Below the pieces are notes generated by a model. The model saw nothing but the letters and a program-made list of their open reading frames with translations, did not search any database and was not told the origin of the DNA. Positions 8,335 to 17,825 of a stretch of DNA of 64,000 nucleotides are shown piece after piece; position 1 is the first letter of the stretch, and each line of letters begins with the position of its first letter. Source of the DNA: an uncultured archaeon (GTDB lineage: Archaea; Thermoplasmatota; Penumbrarchaeia; JASLWR01). The stretch lies in NCBI GenBank assembly GCA_964342815.1, contig CAYFHS010000001.1:51749-115748 (forward strand), written 5' to 3'. The position numbers and the translations under genes were made by a program.

Positions 8335-11300
8335 CTAGCCATCACTATCCTTTCCAACCCTCCCCAACTCATCCACCGCACCACCTTCTATCTTCTCCTC
8401 ACCCGTACCCTCCTTCCTTCTGACCAATATCACTCCCCCAATCACTACGAGCATCAACACTGCACCCAAAATTATCACTAGCCACCATACCGTACCGTCC
8501 CTTTCTTCCACTATTTTCTCCGCTTCCCATCGATCTCCGTCATCGGGATAAGCGTCGTCCACGTTCGCTACCCCGTCTCCGTCTCTGTCTGGGTCCAGGG
8601 AATCGGGTATGCCGTCTCGGTCGATGTCCTGTGGGACCGATAAATTATTCCGGGGATCCGTACCGACTTGCGTCTCAATGGTGTCATTCCAGCCGTCACC
8701 ATCTGAATCTAATGGGGTCTGGTTGTTATAATTGTATTCTACATACATTGTTAGTAAATCCTCGTTCGTAGGAATTCTACAATCCTGGTTTCCATCAGTT
8801 GCGATAAAATAATATCCATGAAATCCCTCGGGCAAATTTAGAGAATATTCGTATCTAATTCCATCCGAAAAATTAAACCGCTTGGGATCATCCTTAATCA
8901 TTGAATACCAGAAATTACCAATTATCAAACTAATATTCGCCGGGGGATCATTATCAACATCCATGTAATGCACGTAGAATGTGAAATTCATGGACGTATC
9001 TCCATTATTTGGTGTGACATTCCCATCATACAAGATTGGCGGATCGTTGACGTTCCATACGCGAAGCAGGAACTCGCTGTAGCCCCAACCGTCATTTCCA
9101 TCTGAAACAGTGATATTGACCATATAGATACCTACATCGTCATTCGTTGGTGTTCCATTCAATATGCCAGTATTGGAATTTATCGACAGCCATGTAGCAT
9201 TCGTCATAAGGGACCATGAAATCAACCCCTGCCCATCATCAGTTGAATTGTATTCGTTATAGTATACCTCATCCTGATATATTTCAACGATATTTCGAGT
9301 GGTAATAATAGGAGGTGTATTCAATACATCGAAAATGAAATTGAAAAAGTCTTCACCGTCGTTACCGTCATCTATAGAAACGTTTATGTTATACTTTCCC
9401 ACATCGTGATTCGTTGGATGACCGAATAGAACTCCAGATGTCGAATTCTGGCTTAACCAATCTGCATTTGTATCAAGATCCCATGTAGTGCTCCCCTCGC
9501 CCTCATCGGTTGAGTTTAGGTCTAAAAATAATTCTTCATCCTCATAAACGTAATACCTGTCGGGTAAAAAGATTTCGGGGGATGTATTATTAACAACAAT
9601 AGTGAAATTTATCTCATCCCAATAAATAATACCTTGAACATGGAGATTGACCCAATATGTACCCACATGGAGATTGAAAGGGAATCCAACGAGGCTGTTA
9701 GTGAATTCATCCCAGAATAACCAGGGCGCATTGGTATTGAGGGTCCACGACTCAGGTTTCTCTCCTGTAGTATTGAAATGTAGTGAGTAGTTATCATCCT
9801 CGCTCAAATATACAATTGTAGGTCTTGTCTCAAGATATATGCCTGGTCTAATGCTGAGATTGATTAGTATCGTTAGGTCTTTCATGGATGAAATCTCAAC
9901 CCAACCCCATCCACTTGCATTGATCCATCTATAGCGGTCGTGGGTGCGGTTGGCAATGGTAATCTCACCACGGAACTTCCCAGTGTTTTCTCCGCTCTCT
10001 AATAATCTCAATCTGAATCGATTATTAGGGTTAGATTTTCCTTTGACCCAGACCTGGGCAACATTCTTCCGAGATGGATTTCTATCGTTCGCCCTCAGTT
10101 CTAAGAATATCTTGTTACCAGCGTATACGTAGGAAATTTCTTGTGAGTATTCATCGTCAGAATAGGCTTTGACAGAGGTGATGGATGTGGGTCGGGAGTT
10201 GAGATCCGGAAAGATGAGGTATGTCTGGCCAGCGTCACTACCTCCCTCGTCATTTTTGTTTGCTCCAATCAGAATGTCGTCATATCCGTCTCCGTTGACA
10301 TCGCCCCCACCTGCTACTGAATATCCAGACCAGTCGTATGCGTCTTCTCCCCAGAATGATGCGTCCGATGCGGATAGATCGGTGTCCATAACCCAGCCGG
10401 AGGGCTTGCCTAATATAAGGTATGACTGGCCTGCTCGATAATTATTGTTGCGGTTTCGATATGCTCCAATCAGAATGTCGTCATATCCGTCCCCATTAAC
10501 ATCTCCCGCACCTGCAACCGAACCTCCAGAACTGTCCCATTGGTCTTCTCCTAAGAAGGATATGTCTGATGTTGAGACGTCCATATCCATGAACCAGCCA
10601 GAAGCTTTGCCGAGTATGAGGTATGTTTTCCCTTTTGACTGACCGAAGCCGGGAGCTCCAATCAGAATGTCGTCGTATTCATCCCCGTTAACATCACCCC
10701 CACTTGCGACTGACCATCCGGAAACACTGCCTATGCCCTTTCCCCAAAAAGATGCGTCCGAATCGGAGAGGTTTGTGTCCATGGCCCATCCCGAACCTTT
10801 TCCAAAGATGAGGTATGTTTGGCCGGAAGCTAATCCACCACTTTCATCCTCGTATGCTCCAATCAGAATGTCGTCATATCCATCTCCGTTGACGTCTCCT
10901 GCACCTGTGACGGAGCATCCAGAACAGTCGCCTCCGTCCTCCCCTAAAAACGATGCGTCTGAATCAGAGAGGCTTGTGTCCATGGCCCAGCCTGAGCTCT
11001 TGCCGAATATGAGATATGTCTGACCTGTATAATCACCACCGCTGTTCTCGTCACCGAATGCTCCAATCAGAATGTCATCGTATCCATCCCCGTTGACGTC
11101 TCCTGCACCTGCGATCGATATCCCCGAATAGTCTTGTTGGTCTTCTCCCCAAAATGATGCGTCCGAATCAGAGAGGTCGGTGCCCATGGACCACCCGGAA
11201 ACCTTTCCTAGTATGAGATATGTCTGGCCTGCACGAGAACCACCGTCCTCATCATAGACTGCTCCAATCAGAATATCGTCATATCCGTCTCCGTTGACAT

Positions 11301-11679
11301 CCCCCGCTCCAGCAATCGAGGCTCCAGAGCCGTCATCAGAGTCCTCTCCCAGAAATGATGCGTCTGAATTGGAGAGGTTTGTGTCCATGGACCACCCGGA
11401 AGCTCTGCCGAATATGAGATATGTCTGACCTGAATGATTCCCAGCATCATCGTCACCGTTTGCTCCGATCAGAATGTCGTCATATCCATCTCCGTTGACA
11501 TCCCCCGTAACTGCGATCGAGCCCCCGGACCAGTCATCGGCGTTCTCCCCCCAGAATGATGCATCAACATTCCCGAGATCCTGGTTCATCCCATAATCCA
11601 GCGCCTTAGAAGATATTGGAATGAGAAGCATTGAGACTATCATCAGGAATATCGTGCCCAAAGCGAATTCTTTTCTCAT
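8335..11679 (-). CDS. Surface protein: seven FG-GAP (integrin-alpha-like) repeats, Ig/cadherin-like domains, TSP3-like repeat, C-terminal TM anchor
   Basis: Signal peptide; 7x GDVNGD(G/E)YDDILIGA; repeated WLS..G.L.G.PTN.DVG.Y.(V/I)N(I/V) units; DSDGDG/DRDGDG; TM then RRK. Confidence 0.88.
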   Translation of the reverse strand: MRKEFALGTIFLMIVSMLLIPISSKALDYGMNQDLGNVDASFWGENADDWSGGSIAVTGDVNGDGYDDILIGANGDDDAGNHSGQTYLIFGRASGWSMDTNLSNSDASFLGEDSDDGSGASIAGAGDVNGDGYDDILIGAVYDEDGGSRAGQTYLILGKVSGWSMGTDLSDSDASFWGEDQQDYSGISIAGAGDVNGDGYDDILIGAFGDENSGGDYTGQTYLIFGKSSGWAMDTSLSDSDASFLGEDGGDCSGCSVTGAGDVNGDGYDDILIGAYEDESGGLASGQTYLIFGKGSGWAMDTNLSDSDASFWGKGIGSVSGWSVASGGDVNGDEYDDILIGAPGFGQSKGKTYLILGKASGWFMDMDVSTSDISFLGEDQWDSSGGSVAGAGDVNGDGYDDILIGAYRNRNNNYRAGQSYLILGKPSGWVMDTDLSASDASFWGEDAYDWSGYSVAGGGDVNGDGYDDILIGANKNDEGGSDAGQTYLIFPDLNSRPTSITSVKAYSDDEYSQEISYVYAGNKIFLELRANDRNPSRKNVAQVWVKGKSNPNNRFRLRLLESGENTGKFRGEITIANRTHDRYRWINASGWGWVEISSMKDLTILINLSIRPGIYLETRPTIVYLSEDDNYSLHFNTTGEKPESWTLNTNAPWLFWDEFTNSLVGFPFNLHVGTYWVNLHVQGIIYWDEINFTIVVNNTSPEIFLPDRYYVYEDEELFLDLNSTDEGEGSTTWDLDTNADWLSQNSTSGVLFGHPTNHDVGKYNINVSIDDGNDGEDFFNFIFDVLNTPPIITTRNIVEIYQDEVYYNEYNSTDDGQGLISWSLMTNATWLSINSNTGILNGTPTNDDVGIYMVNITVSDGNDGWGYSEFLLRVWNVNDPPILYDGNVTPNNGDTSMNFTFYVHYMDVDNDPPANISLIIGNFWYSMIKDDPKRFNFSDGIRYEYSLNLPEGFHGYYFIATDGNQDCRIPTNEDLLTMYVEYNYNNQTPLDSDGDGWNDTIETQVGTDPRNNLSVPQDIDRDGIPDSLDPDRDGDGVANVDDAYPDDGDRWEAEKIVEERDGTVWWLVIILGAVLMLVVIGGVILVRRKEGTGEEKIEGGAVDELGRVGKDSDG
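10240..11530 (-). repeat. Intragenic tandem repeat of about 201 bp, 7 copies, encoding FG-GAP blades
   Basis: Core cc(a/g)atcagaat(g/a)tc(g/a)tc at 10265, 10466, 10658, 10859, 11063, 11264, 11465 (spacings 201, 192, 201, 204, 201, 201). Confidence 0.9.
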
Positions 11680-11827
11680 TATGACTACCTTTTAAAAATA
11701 GTTTCTCGACTTTACAATTAATATATGAATTTATAGTTACAATAATAATTAAATTTTTGTCCTACATTTTCAATTCTTGGGTTATTGTCGTATCCTTGCT
11801 CCATTGCACTTCATTGTCGTTTAGGGA

Positions 11828-11966
11828 ACATAACGGACCGGTCTGTATGCTAAGTTCTGCGGGTGGGGATAGTATACGGTCGATCCAACAGTACGGTGAG
11901 GGAAAATAGGTCGGAAGCCGTAAGAGCGAAAACCGCCAAGTTGTTGGTTATGCAAAGTCGTTAGGA
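11828..11966. other. Solitary attC-like imperfect inverted repeat
   Basis: ACATAAC at the left end, CGTTAGGA at the right end; TAACG/CGTTA, TGTAT/ATGCA and GCGG/CCGC pairings; 139 bp. Confidence 0.4.
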
Positions 11967-12080
11967 GCAAGCTTTTAAGTGCCTCGGTTTGCCATTTGAG
12001 TGGAAAAAAGCTCATCTATTCATCAAGAAGTATTTTGAAAGAGGAAACTATTTAAATTAGTTTCCCTCTATGAAATACTT

Positions 12081-13400
12081 ATGAAGCGAGATGTATTCAT
12101 TGAAATTATACAGGACTTTAAAGAAAAATCACTCCCGGAATTGGTGGAACGTGAAACGATACTGAAAAGACCTACCGTAAAAAAAATAATTTCTGTGATC
12201 GGGCCTCGCAGAGCAGGTAAAACCTATTATATTTTCAATATTATAAAAAACCTAATCTCCGAGGGGATCCCGAAAGAGAGGGTGATTTACGTTAACCTTG
12301 AAGATGAGCGTTTATTTCCTCTTGAAGTAAAAGATATGGATTTATTTCTCCGGACCTTCTTTGAAATTCATTCTGTTGATAAAAATGAAGAAATCCATCT
12401 TTTTTTAGATGAAGTTCAAAATGTGGATAATTGGGAAGCATTTGTAAGGCGTATAATGGACACATACAATATTCAAATATATATAACAGGTTCATCTTCG
12501 AAATTGTTATCTAAAGAAATTGCAACTTCATTGAGGGGTAGATCATTATCAACAACTATACTACCATTTTCTTTTCGAGAATATTTAAAGGCAGGAAAAA
12601 TTGAAATAAATAAATTTCTATCTTCATCAAAAAAAGAAAAAATCCGCTCTAAGCTTTCAATTTTTTTAAAATATGGCAGCTTTCCCGAAATCACCCTCGA
12701 AAAGGATAACGATCTAAAGCATAAGATCATTAAAGAATATGTTGAAGTTATGCTTCTTCAGGATATTATTGAAAGGTATAATATTAAAAATACAAAATTA
12801 TTGAAAATATTATTTGATGGTATCATATCATCAACTTCAAGTACATTTTCAATCCATAAATTCTTTAAATTTCTACGTTCACAAGGTATGAAAATTAGCA
12901 AGAATACCCTGTATCAGTATGTTCAATACCTTGAAGATGCCTACGCGATCATATTATTGAGAAGTTTTAATTTTTCAGCTCGTATGGTTGAACAGAGTTT
13001 ACCGAAGGTCTACCCAATCGATCCCGGTTTCATATTGACACATTCCACTCGTTTTTCAAGGGACTTGGGGAAGGCTATGGAAAATGTAGTGGCAGTTGAA
13101 CTTTTCAGGAGAAGATCCGAACAACCCAGTCAAGATATATATTACTGGAAAGAACAGAATAGCAAAGAAGTGGATTTTGTTATTAAAGAGAATCTGAAAA
13201 TTACCAAATTAATTCAGGTTTGTTATGACATTGATAATTTCAATACCTACAGACGTGAGATTGATTCTATACTCAGATCCAGTGAAATATTGGAATGTAA
13301 TGATCTGTGTGTTATAACCTGGGATAAGGACGAAATAATTGAGGTAAAGGGTAAAAAAATAGAATACATCTCGCTCTGGAAATGGCTGATAGCTCATTGA
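12081..13400 (+). CDS. AAA_14 ATPase with DUF4143 domain (second paralog, AT-rich)
   Basis: GPRRAGKT, FLDEVQ, SLRGR, GSFPE, KVYPID, MENVV, EVDF. Confidence 0.9.
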   Translation: MKRDVFIEIIQDFKEKSLPELVERETILKRPTVKKIISVIGPRRAGKTYYIFNIIKNLISEGIPKERVIYVNLEDERLFPLEVKDMDLFLRTFFEIHSVDKNEEIHLFLDEVQNVDNWEAFVRRIMDTYNIQIYITGSSSKLLSKEIATSLRGRSLSTTILPFSFREYLKAGKIEINKFLSSSKKEKIRSKLSIFLKYGSFPEITLEKDNDLKHKIIKEYVEVMLLQDIIERYNIKNTKLLKILFDGIISSTSSTFSIHKFFKFLRSQGMKISKNTLYQYVQYLEDAYAIILLRSFNFSARMVEQSLPKVYPIDPGFILTHSTRFSRDLGKAMENVVAVELFRRRSEQPSQDIYYWKEQNSKEVDFVIKENLKITKLIQVCYDIDNFNTYRREIDSILRSSEILECNDLCVITWDKDEIIEVKGKKIEYISLWKWLIAH

Positions 13401-13617
13401 TTGTTATTTTCTTGTATATTCACGCTTCATCAGTCATCGTCGAAAAATCTTCTTCAATCTTCCGATCGTGAAATTGAATTTTAATCCCAAGTCATGTATC
13501 AAAATTCGCCATAACACTTTGGTTTCCGAGTGTACCCTTTTGACAAAATACCACATTACCAATATCTCCTTCCCACCAGTTACCAGCCAACATAGAAATA
13601 AAATATCTGAATTACCC

Positions 13618-15822
13618 ATGGCTACCATGCAGGAATTGATCTCAAAATTTCTGAAAATAATCGCGGATCGGATATCCCGCCACAGAATTCTCTATATTAT
13701 CATAGTGGTATTGATAACCGCGGCCCTCATCTATCCTCTTTTACAGATAAAGTTCAACGCCGATATGGATGTTTTTTCACCGGATGAGCCCGTGGTAGTG
13801 GCAAAAAAATATGTGGAAGATAATTTTCTATCCGAAAAAGTGATATTAATAATCGCAATTCCTACTTCAGGCAGGGTCAACGATACGGAATTTCTGGGTG
13901 ATCTAATAGAAACGGGGGATTGGATCGAGGTTAATGAAATAATTGAAAATACGTTTTCCATTGCGGATTATATCGAAATAGTATTAAATATGTCGAATCT
14001 GACGATGTCCGAATGTCCACTCGAGATGCTCGATTCTTTACTGTATCAGGCCACAATGGATCGGAATGTTTCCGGACTCTTTACTTCGGAGGCGGCCCTT
14101 ATAATGGTCAGTCCTTCGGATTCCTCGGATGAGGGCGAATTGAGCGAGTTTCTGCGGAAGGATGTCCGTGATACTCAAAATGTTCAATACAAAATTCTTG
14201 CCGGGTTCGATGAGGATCTGAACGATGGGGCAATACGAAGTCTTTACCTGTTCCCCGTAACCATTGCCCTCATCATCGCCGTGCTGTATCTCAGTCTCAG
14301 ACGCTGGTTCGATGTGGTTCTGACAATGTTTGCTATTCCGGTCGTATTGATTTGGACCTTCGGAATCTCCGTTATCGTGGGACTTGAGATCACCATCCTG
14401 GGTATGGCTGTGCCATTTATAGTGCTTGCCCTGGGTATCGATTACGCCATTCATTCCATGAACCGCTATACCGAGGAGAAGGAGCGGGGATTGTCTGGCG
14501 AAAAAGCAGCGGGCACGACCATAAAATACCTAGGTGTGGCGCTTCTACTCTCCTCCATAACCACGGTGGCGGCGTATCTGTCCAATGCTGCGTCATCCAT
14601 ACCCGCAGTTGTGGATTTCGGGATAATGGTGGGAATCGGGATCACCAGCTCATTTCTGATAATGGGTCTCCTTTTACCGGTTGTCCGATCACTTTTCGGC
14701 AAGGGTAACATCGGGAAAAAACGAGCCGATCCCGTAGGAACAATATGGAAAAAACTGAGCCGGAAACTAGGTCGCTTGTTCAATAAACCACGGAACGCCG
14801 CAATTGTCCTTGCCTTCATTTTGATAATTACAGCCATATCCGCTTCCATGGCCTTGAAATTGGACTCGGAATTCGAGCCCGACGATATTCTTCCCGAAGA
14901 CTCCGAATGGTTGGATGCACAGAGAACATTGGTCGAGCATTTTCCCATAAACCTGAATAGTTACCAGGTCCTGATAACGGGAGATATCGCCAATCCCGAA
15001 ACATTGAGGGCCATCGAATCGGTGACCCTGAACAACCAGGTCAGTGATTCGCTAGTGCACCATTTAACAAACTGGTCATCTCTCGACAGTGAAGGTATTG
15101 CCGAGTTATTGGACCAAATATTCATTGAAGATCCGTCCATGGGCCATGTGCTCCATAAGGACGGAAACGTATACGATGCAACGGTGATCTGGTTGGATGG
15201 TGCCCATGAGAACGATATCGATCTTACGTCTCTCGAAGGCGTAAAGGGGATCGATTTCATCATTACCGGGGAAAAACTCACGGGCGATCTGGTGGTGGAT
15301 GAACTTTCGTCGTCGATGCTGACCTCGCTTTTTATTTCCATCATTGTCTGCGCAGTGGTGGTATCTCTCGTTTATCTCTCCCCCAGGATCGGAATTATTA
15401 CTTTGCTGCCTGTCAGCATAGTTACAGTTTGGCTATTATCGGCCATGCGGATCTTGGGTTTTTCTCTGAATGTTGTTACGATAATAATTGCAGTCACATC
15501 CATCGGAGTGGGCATTGATTATTCCATCCATATCACTCACAGCTTTCTCAGTGAAAGGGCGAAAAATATCGTAAGACAGAAAGCGATTATCAACTCACTC
15601 GGTCGCAGCGGGATCTCGCTTGTGGGAGCGGCTCTCACCACCTCGCTGGGTTTTCTTGTTTTGGCATTTGCTCCGATGAAAGGGTTTATGGCTTTTGGTA
15701 TCCTCACCCCAATAATGATCATTTTCAGTCTTTTCGGAGCGATTCTTGTATTGCCGCCGTTACTGCTGTTATCGGACCGGCTCCCGTACATTAAGAATAT
15801 TCTGGGTCGACGTAATAGATAA
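13618..15822 (+). CDS. MMPL/RND-family transporter
   Basis: Two repeats of 1+5 TM with GIDYAIH and GIDYSIH motifs; ATG at 13618 (or 13627) preferred over the upstream GTG. Confidence 0.88.
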   Translation: MATMQELISKFLKIIADRISRHRILYIIIVVLITAALIYPLLQIKFNADMDVFSPDEPVVVAKKYVEDNFLSEKVILIIAIPTSGRVNDTEFLGDLIETGDWIEVNEIIENTFSIADYIEIVLNMSNLTMSECPLEMLDSLLYQATMDRNVSGLFTSEAALIMVSPSDSSDEGELSEFLRKDVRDTQNVQYKILAGFDEDLNDGAIRSLYLFPVTIALIIAVLYLSLRRWFDVVLTMFAIPVVLIWTFGISVIVGLEITILGMAVPFIVLALGIDYAIHSMNRYTEEKERGLSGEKAAGTTIKYLGVALLLSSITTVAAYLSNAASSIPAVVDFGIMVGIGITSSFLIMGLLLPVVRSLFGKGNIGKKRADPVGTIWKKLSRKLGRLFNKPRNAAIVLAFILIITAISASMALKLDSEFEPDDILPEDSEWLDAQRTLVEHFPINLNSYQVLITGDIANPETLRAIESVTLNNQVSDSLVHHLTNWSSLDSEGIAELLDQIFIEDPSMGHVLHKDGNVYDATVIWLDGAHENDIDLTSLEGVKGIDFIITGEKLTGDLVVDELSSSMLTSLFISIIVCAVVVSLVYLSPRIGIITLLPVSIVTVWLLSAMRILGFSLNVVTIIIAVTSIGVGIDYSIHITHSFLSERAKNIVRQKAIINSLGRSGISLVGAALTTSLGFLVLAFAPMKGFMAFGILTPIMIIFSLFGAILVLPPLLLLSDRLPYIKNILGRRNR

Positions 15823-15906
15823 GATAATAATTATACTCCACATTGCAGAATTGAAGCCCAAAGCGATTCCGTGTTCCGCTGCTTGCCTATAAAAACTTCT
15901 TTTCCT

Positions 15907-16200
15907 TCATTTTGCAAGAGTAAAAAGGCGGTGGTCCTCTTCCACATCGAATAATCCCAGGCGAGCGCCGGCGTCAAGCCACCCGTGAGCGTAATTTATC
16001 GCTGCAAAAGCGTTCACGTAGTCGTCGTTATCGTAGAAATGATTCGCATCGCTGTAGTACCTACCAGCCATATCGAAAAAATCCTTTGCCACCTCAGAAA
16101 TATGAGAGCTGCCCGGGGCGATTATGGCGGCTTTCTCCATGGCAAGGCGCGTAATATCGAGGTATTTGAGTATCTTTTCCTTGCTAATAACATCTTTCAT
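15907..16200 (-). CDS. DUF357 family protein
   Basis: MAGRYYSDANHF..DYVNAFAAINYAHGWLDAGARLGLF. Confidence 0.85.
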   Translation of the reverse strand: MKDVISKEKILKYLDITRLAMEKAAIIAPGSSHISEVAKDFFDMAGRYYSDANHFYDNDDYVNAFAAINYAHGWLDAGARLGLFDVEEDHRLFTLAK

Positions 16201-16264
16201 TGTATCTCACCAGTTCGACGAGCTAAAAGCCAGCCTACTCGGCACTTGCCATTTTCCGGATGTA

Positions 16265-17026
16265 CTATTCTTTGTCGAAAACGAATCTCCACAGAACAGC
16301 AGCAAGCACTCCGCCAATAATGGGCGCCAGCAGGAATAACCACAACTGCGAAAGGGTTTCTCCTCCCACGAACACGGCCGGTCCGAGACTGCGTGCCGGA
16401 TTTACCGAAGTCCCGGTTATTGGTATCCCGATAAGATGAATCACAACGAGGGAGAAGCCTATGGCGACACCGGCGAATCCCTTTGGCGCTCCCTTGCTGG
16501 TTGCCCCGAAGATAACGAATAGAAATAATGCCGTGAGAACCACCTCGGCGGTGAAGGCCGAAACCACCGAATAACCTCCGAAATTATCCGGACCAAAGCC
16601 ATTTTGGCCTAGGCCGTTCTCTGCAAGTGAATAACCGTCCCTCCCGCTTGCTATGGCATACAAGGTTCCTGCTGCAATGATCGCTCCTATGCACTGGAAT
16701 AGTATATACATCACAGCGTCCCTTGATTTTATCTTGCCCGCAACCAGCATGGAGAGTGTTATGGCAGGATTGATGTGACAGCCAGAGATGTTCCCTATGG
16801 CATAGACCATCATCATGACGGTCAAACCGAAAGCAAATGATATGCCCAGATAACCAATTTGTCCACCCATATTAAAGGAATTCATGGCGATATTTTCAGC
16901 GGAGAGGTTTCCCGACAGGGTGATACTGCTCTTTCCGGCTATCACGGCACTGCCGCAACCTATCAGGACCAGTGCGAAGGTCCCGATCATTTCAGCTACG
17001 TACTTGCTCATATTATTCTTTTCCAT
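16265..17026 (-). CDS. aqpZ: Aquaporin (MIP family)
   Basis: KYVAEMIGTF; two NPA boxes (SGCHINPAIT, TSVNPARSLGPA); start placed at MEKNN. Confidence 0.9.
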   Translation of the reverse strand: MEKNNMSKYVAEMIGTFALVLIGCGSAVIAGKSSITLSGNLSAENIAMNSFNMGGQIGYLGISFAFGLTVMMMVYAIGNISGCHINPAITLSMLVAGKIKSRDAVMYILFQCIGAIIAAGTLYAIASGRDGYSLAENGLGQNGFGPDNFGGYSVVSAFTAEVVLTALFLFVIFGATSKGAPKGFAGVAIGFSLVVIHLIGIPITGTSVNPARSLGPAVFVGGETLSQLWLFLLAPIIGGVLAAVLWRFVFDKE

Positions 17027-17284
17027 TTCATTGACCCCCAATCTTGTGGGCGTGTCATTTCTGGGAGATTTGAATGACTTAAAGAGACAAATAACGAACT
17101 TATATTCAATATTTTTCATATTTTGGCTGGATTATCTTTTTTTCGGAGACTCGAGACTATGGTTCGTGAATAAAACGGAACTTCGATCTCCAACATCAAT
17201 CCACCTACCTCATATCGTCAAATTGCATCATATTGTCTATGGTGAAAAGCTTGATGCATCAAGGTTTTTAGCTTGACGATGTTC

Positions 17285-17396
17285 GCGGAATCGCGGGCCT
17301 GTAGGCTTACCGGCCGAAGGCTCAGCAGAGCCGTAGGGTCTGCGGAGCGAAGTGGGAGCCCGAAGGAAAAAGTATGTTTCCGAGGGCCGATTCTGC
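17285..17396. repeat. GC-rich multi-hairpin intergenic element (REP/MITE-like or small RNA)
   Basis: Outer stem GCGGAATCG/CGATTCTGC encloses GCC-GAA-GGC, GCAGA..CC-GTA-GG..TCTGC, GC-GAA-GT, CC-GAA-GG and GGAAA..TTTCC. Confidence 0.55.
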
Positions 17397-17447
17397 ACAA
17401 TAAAATTGAATTATTATATGTACCCTAACGTTGAGCGGTGTGAGAAC

Positions 17448-17729
17448 ATGGCAAAACAGATACGAGCTAGTCATATACTGGTTGAAGATGAGAAATTGGC
17501 AAACAAACTCTATGAGCGGATCAACAAGGGAGCGGATTTCCCTTCACTCGCAAAGAAACATTCCAAGTGCCCTTCGGGAAAAAAGGGGGGCGATCTGGGA
17601 TATTTCCGCAAGGGACAGATGGTTCCGGAATTCGAGAAGGCCGCTTTCGAGCTTGATATGAACGGTCTAACAAAGCCAGTGAAGACCAAGTTCGGTTATC
17701 ATCTGATAAAGCTTACGGGAAAAAGATAG
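17448..17729 (+). CDS. ppiC: Parvulin-type peptidyl-prolyl cis-trans isomerase
   Basis: [47 protein letters not shown]. Confidence 0.93.
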   Translation: MAKQIRASHILVEDEKLANKLYERINKGADFPSLAKKHSKCPSGKKGGDLGYFRKGQMVPEFEKAAFELDMNGLTKPVKTKFGYHLIKLTGKR

Positions 17730-17825
17730 ATTAGACTCGTCAAGATCAATTGTCAGTCTTCGAAGTTTTTGATATCACGGGTTTCCACTGCATAGATGAA
17801 TTGACCGAGAATTTATATTAAATTT

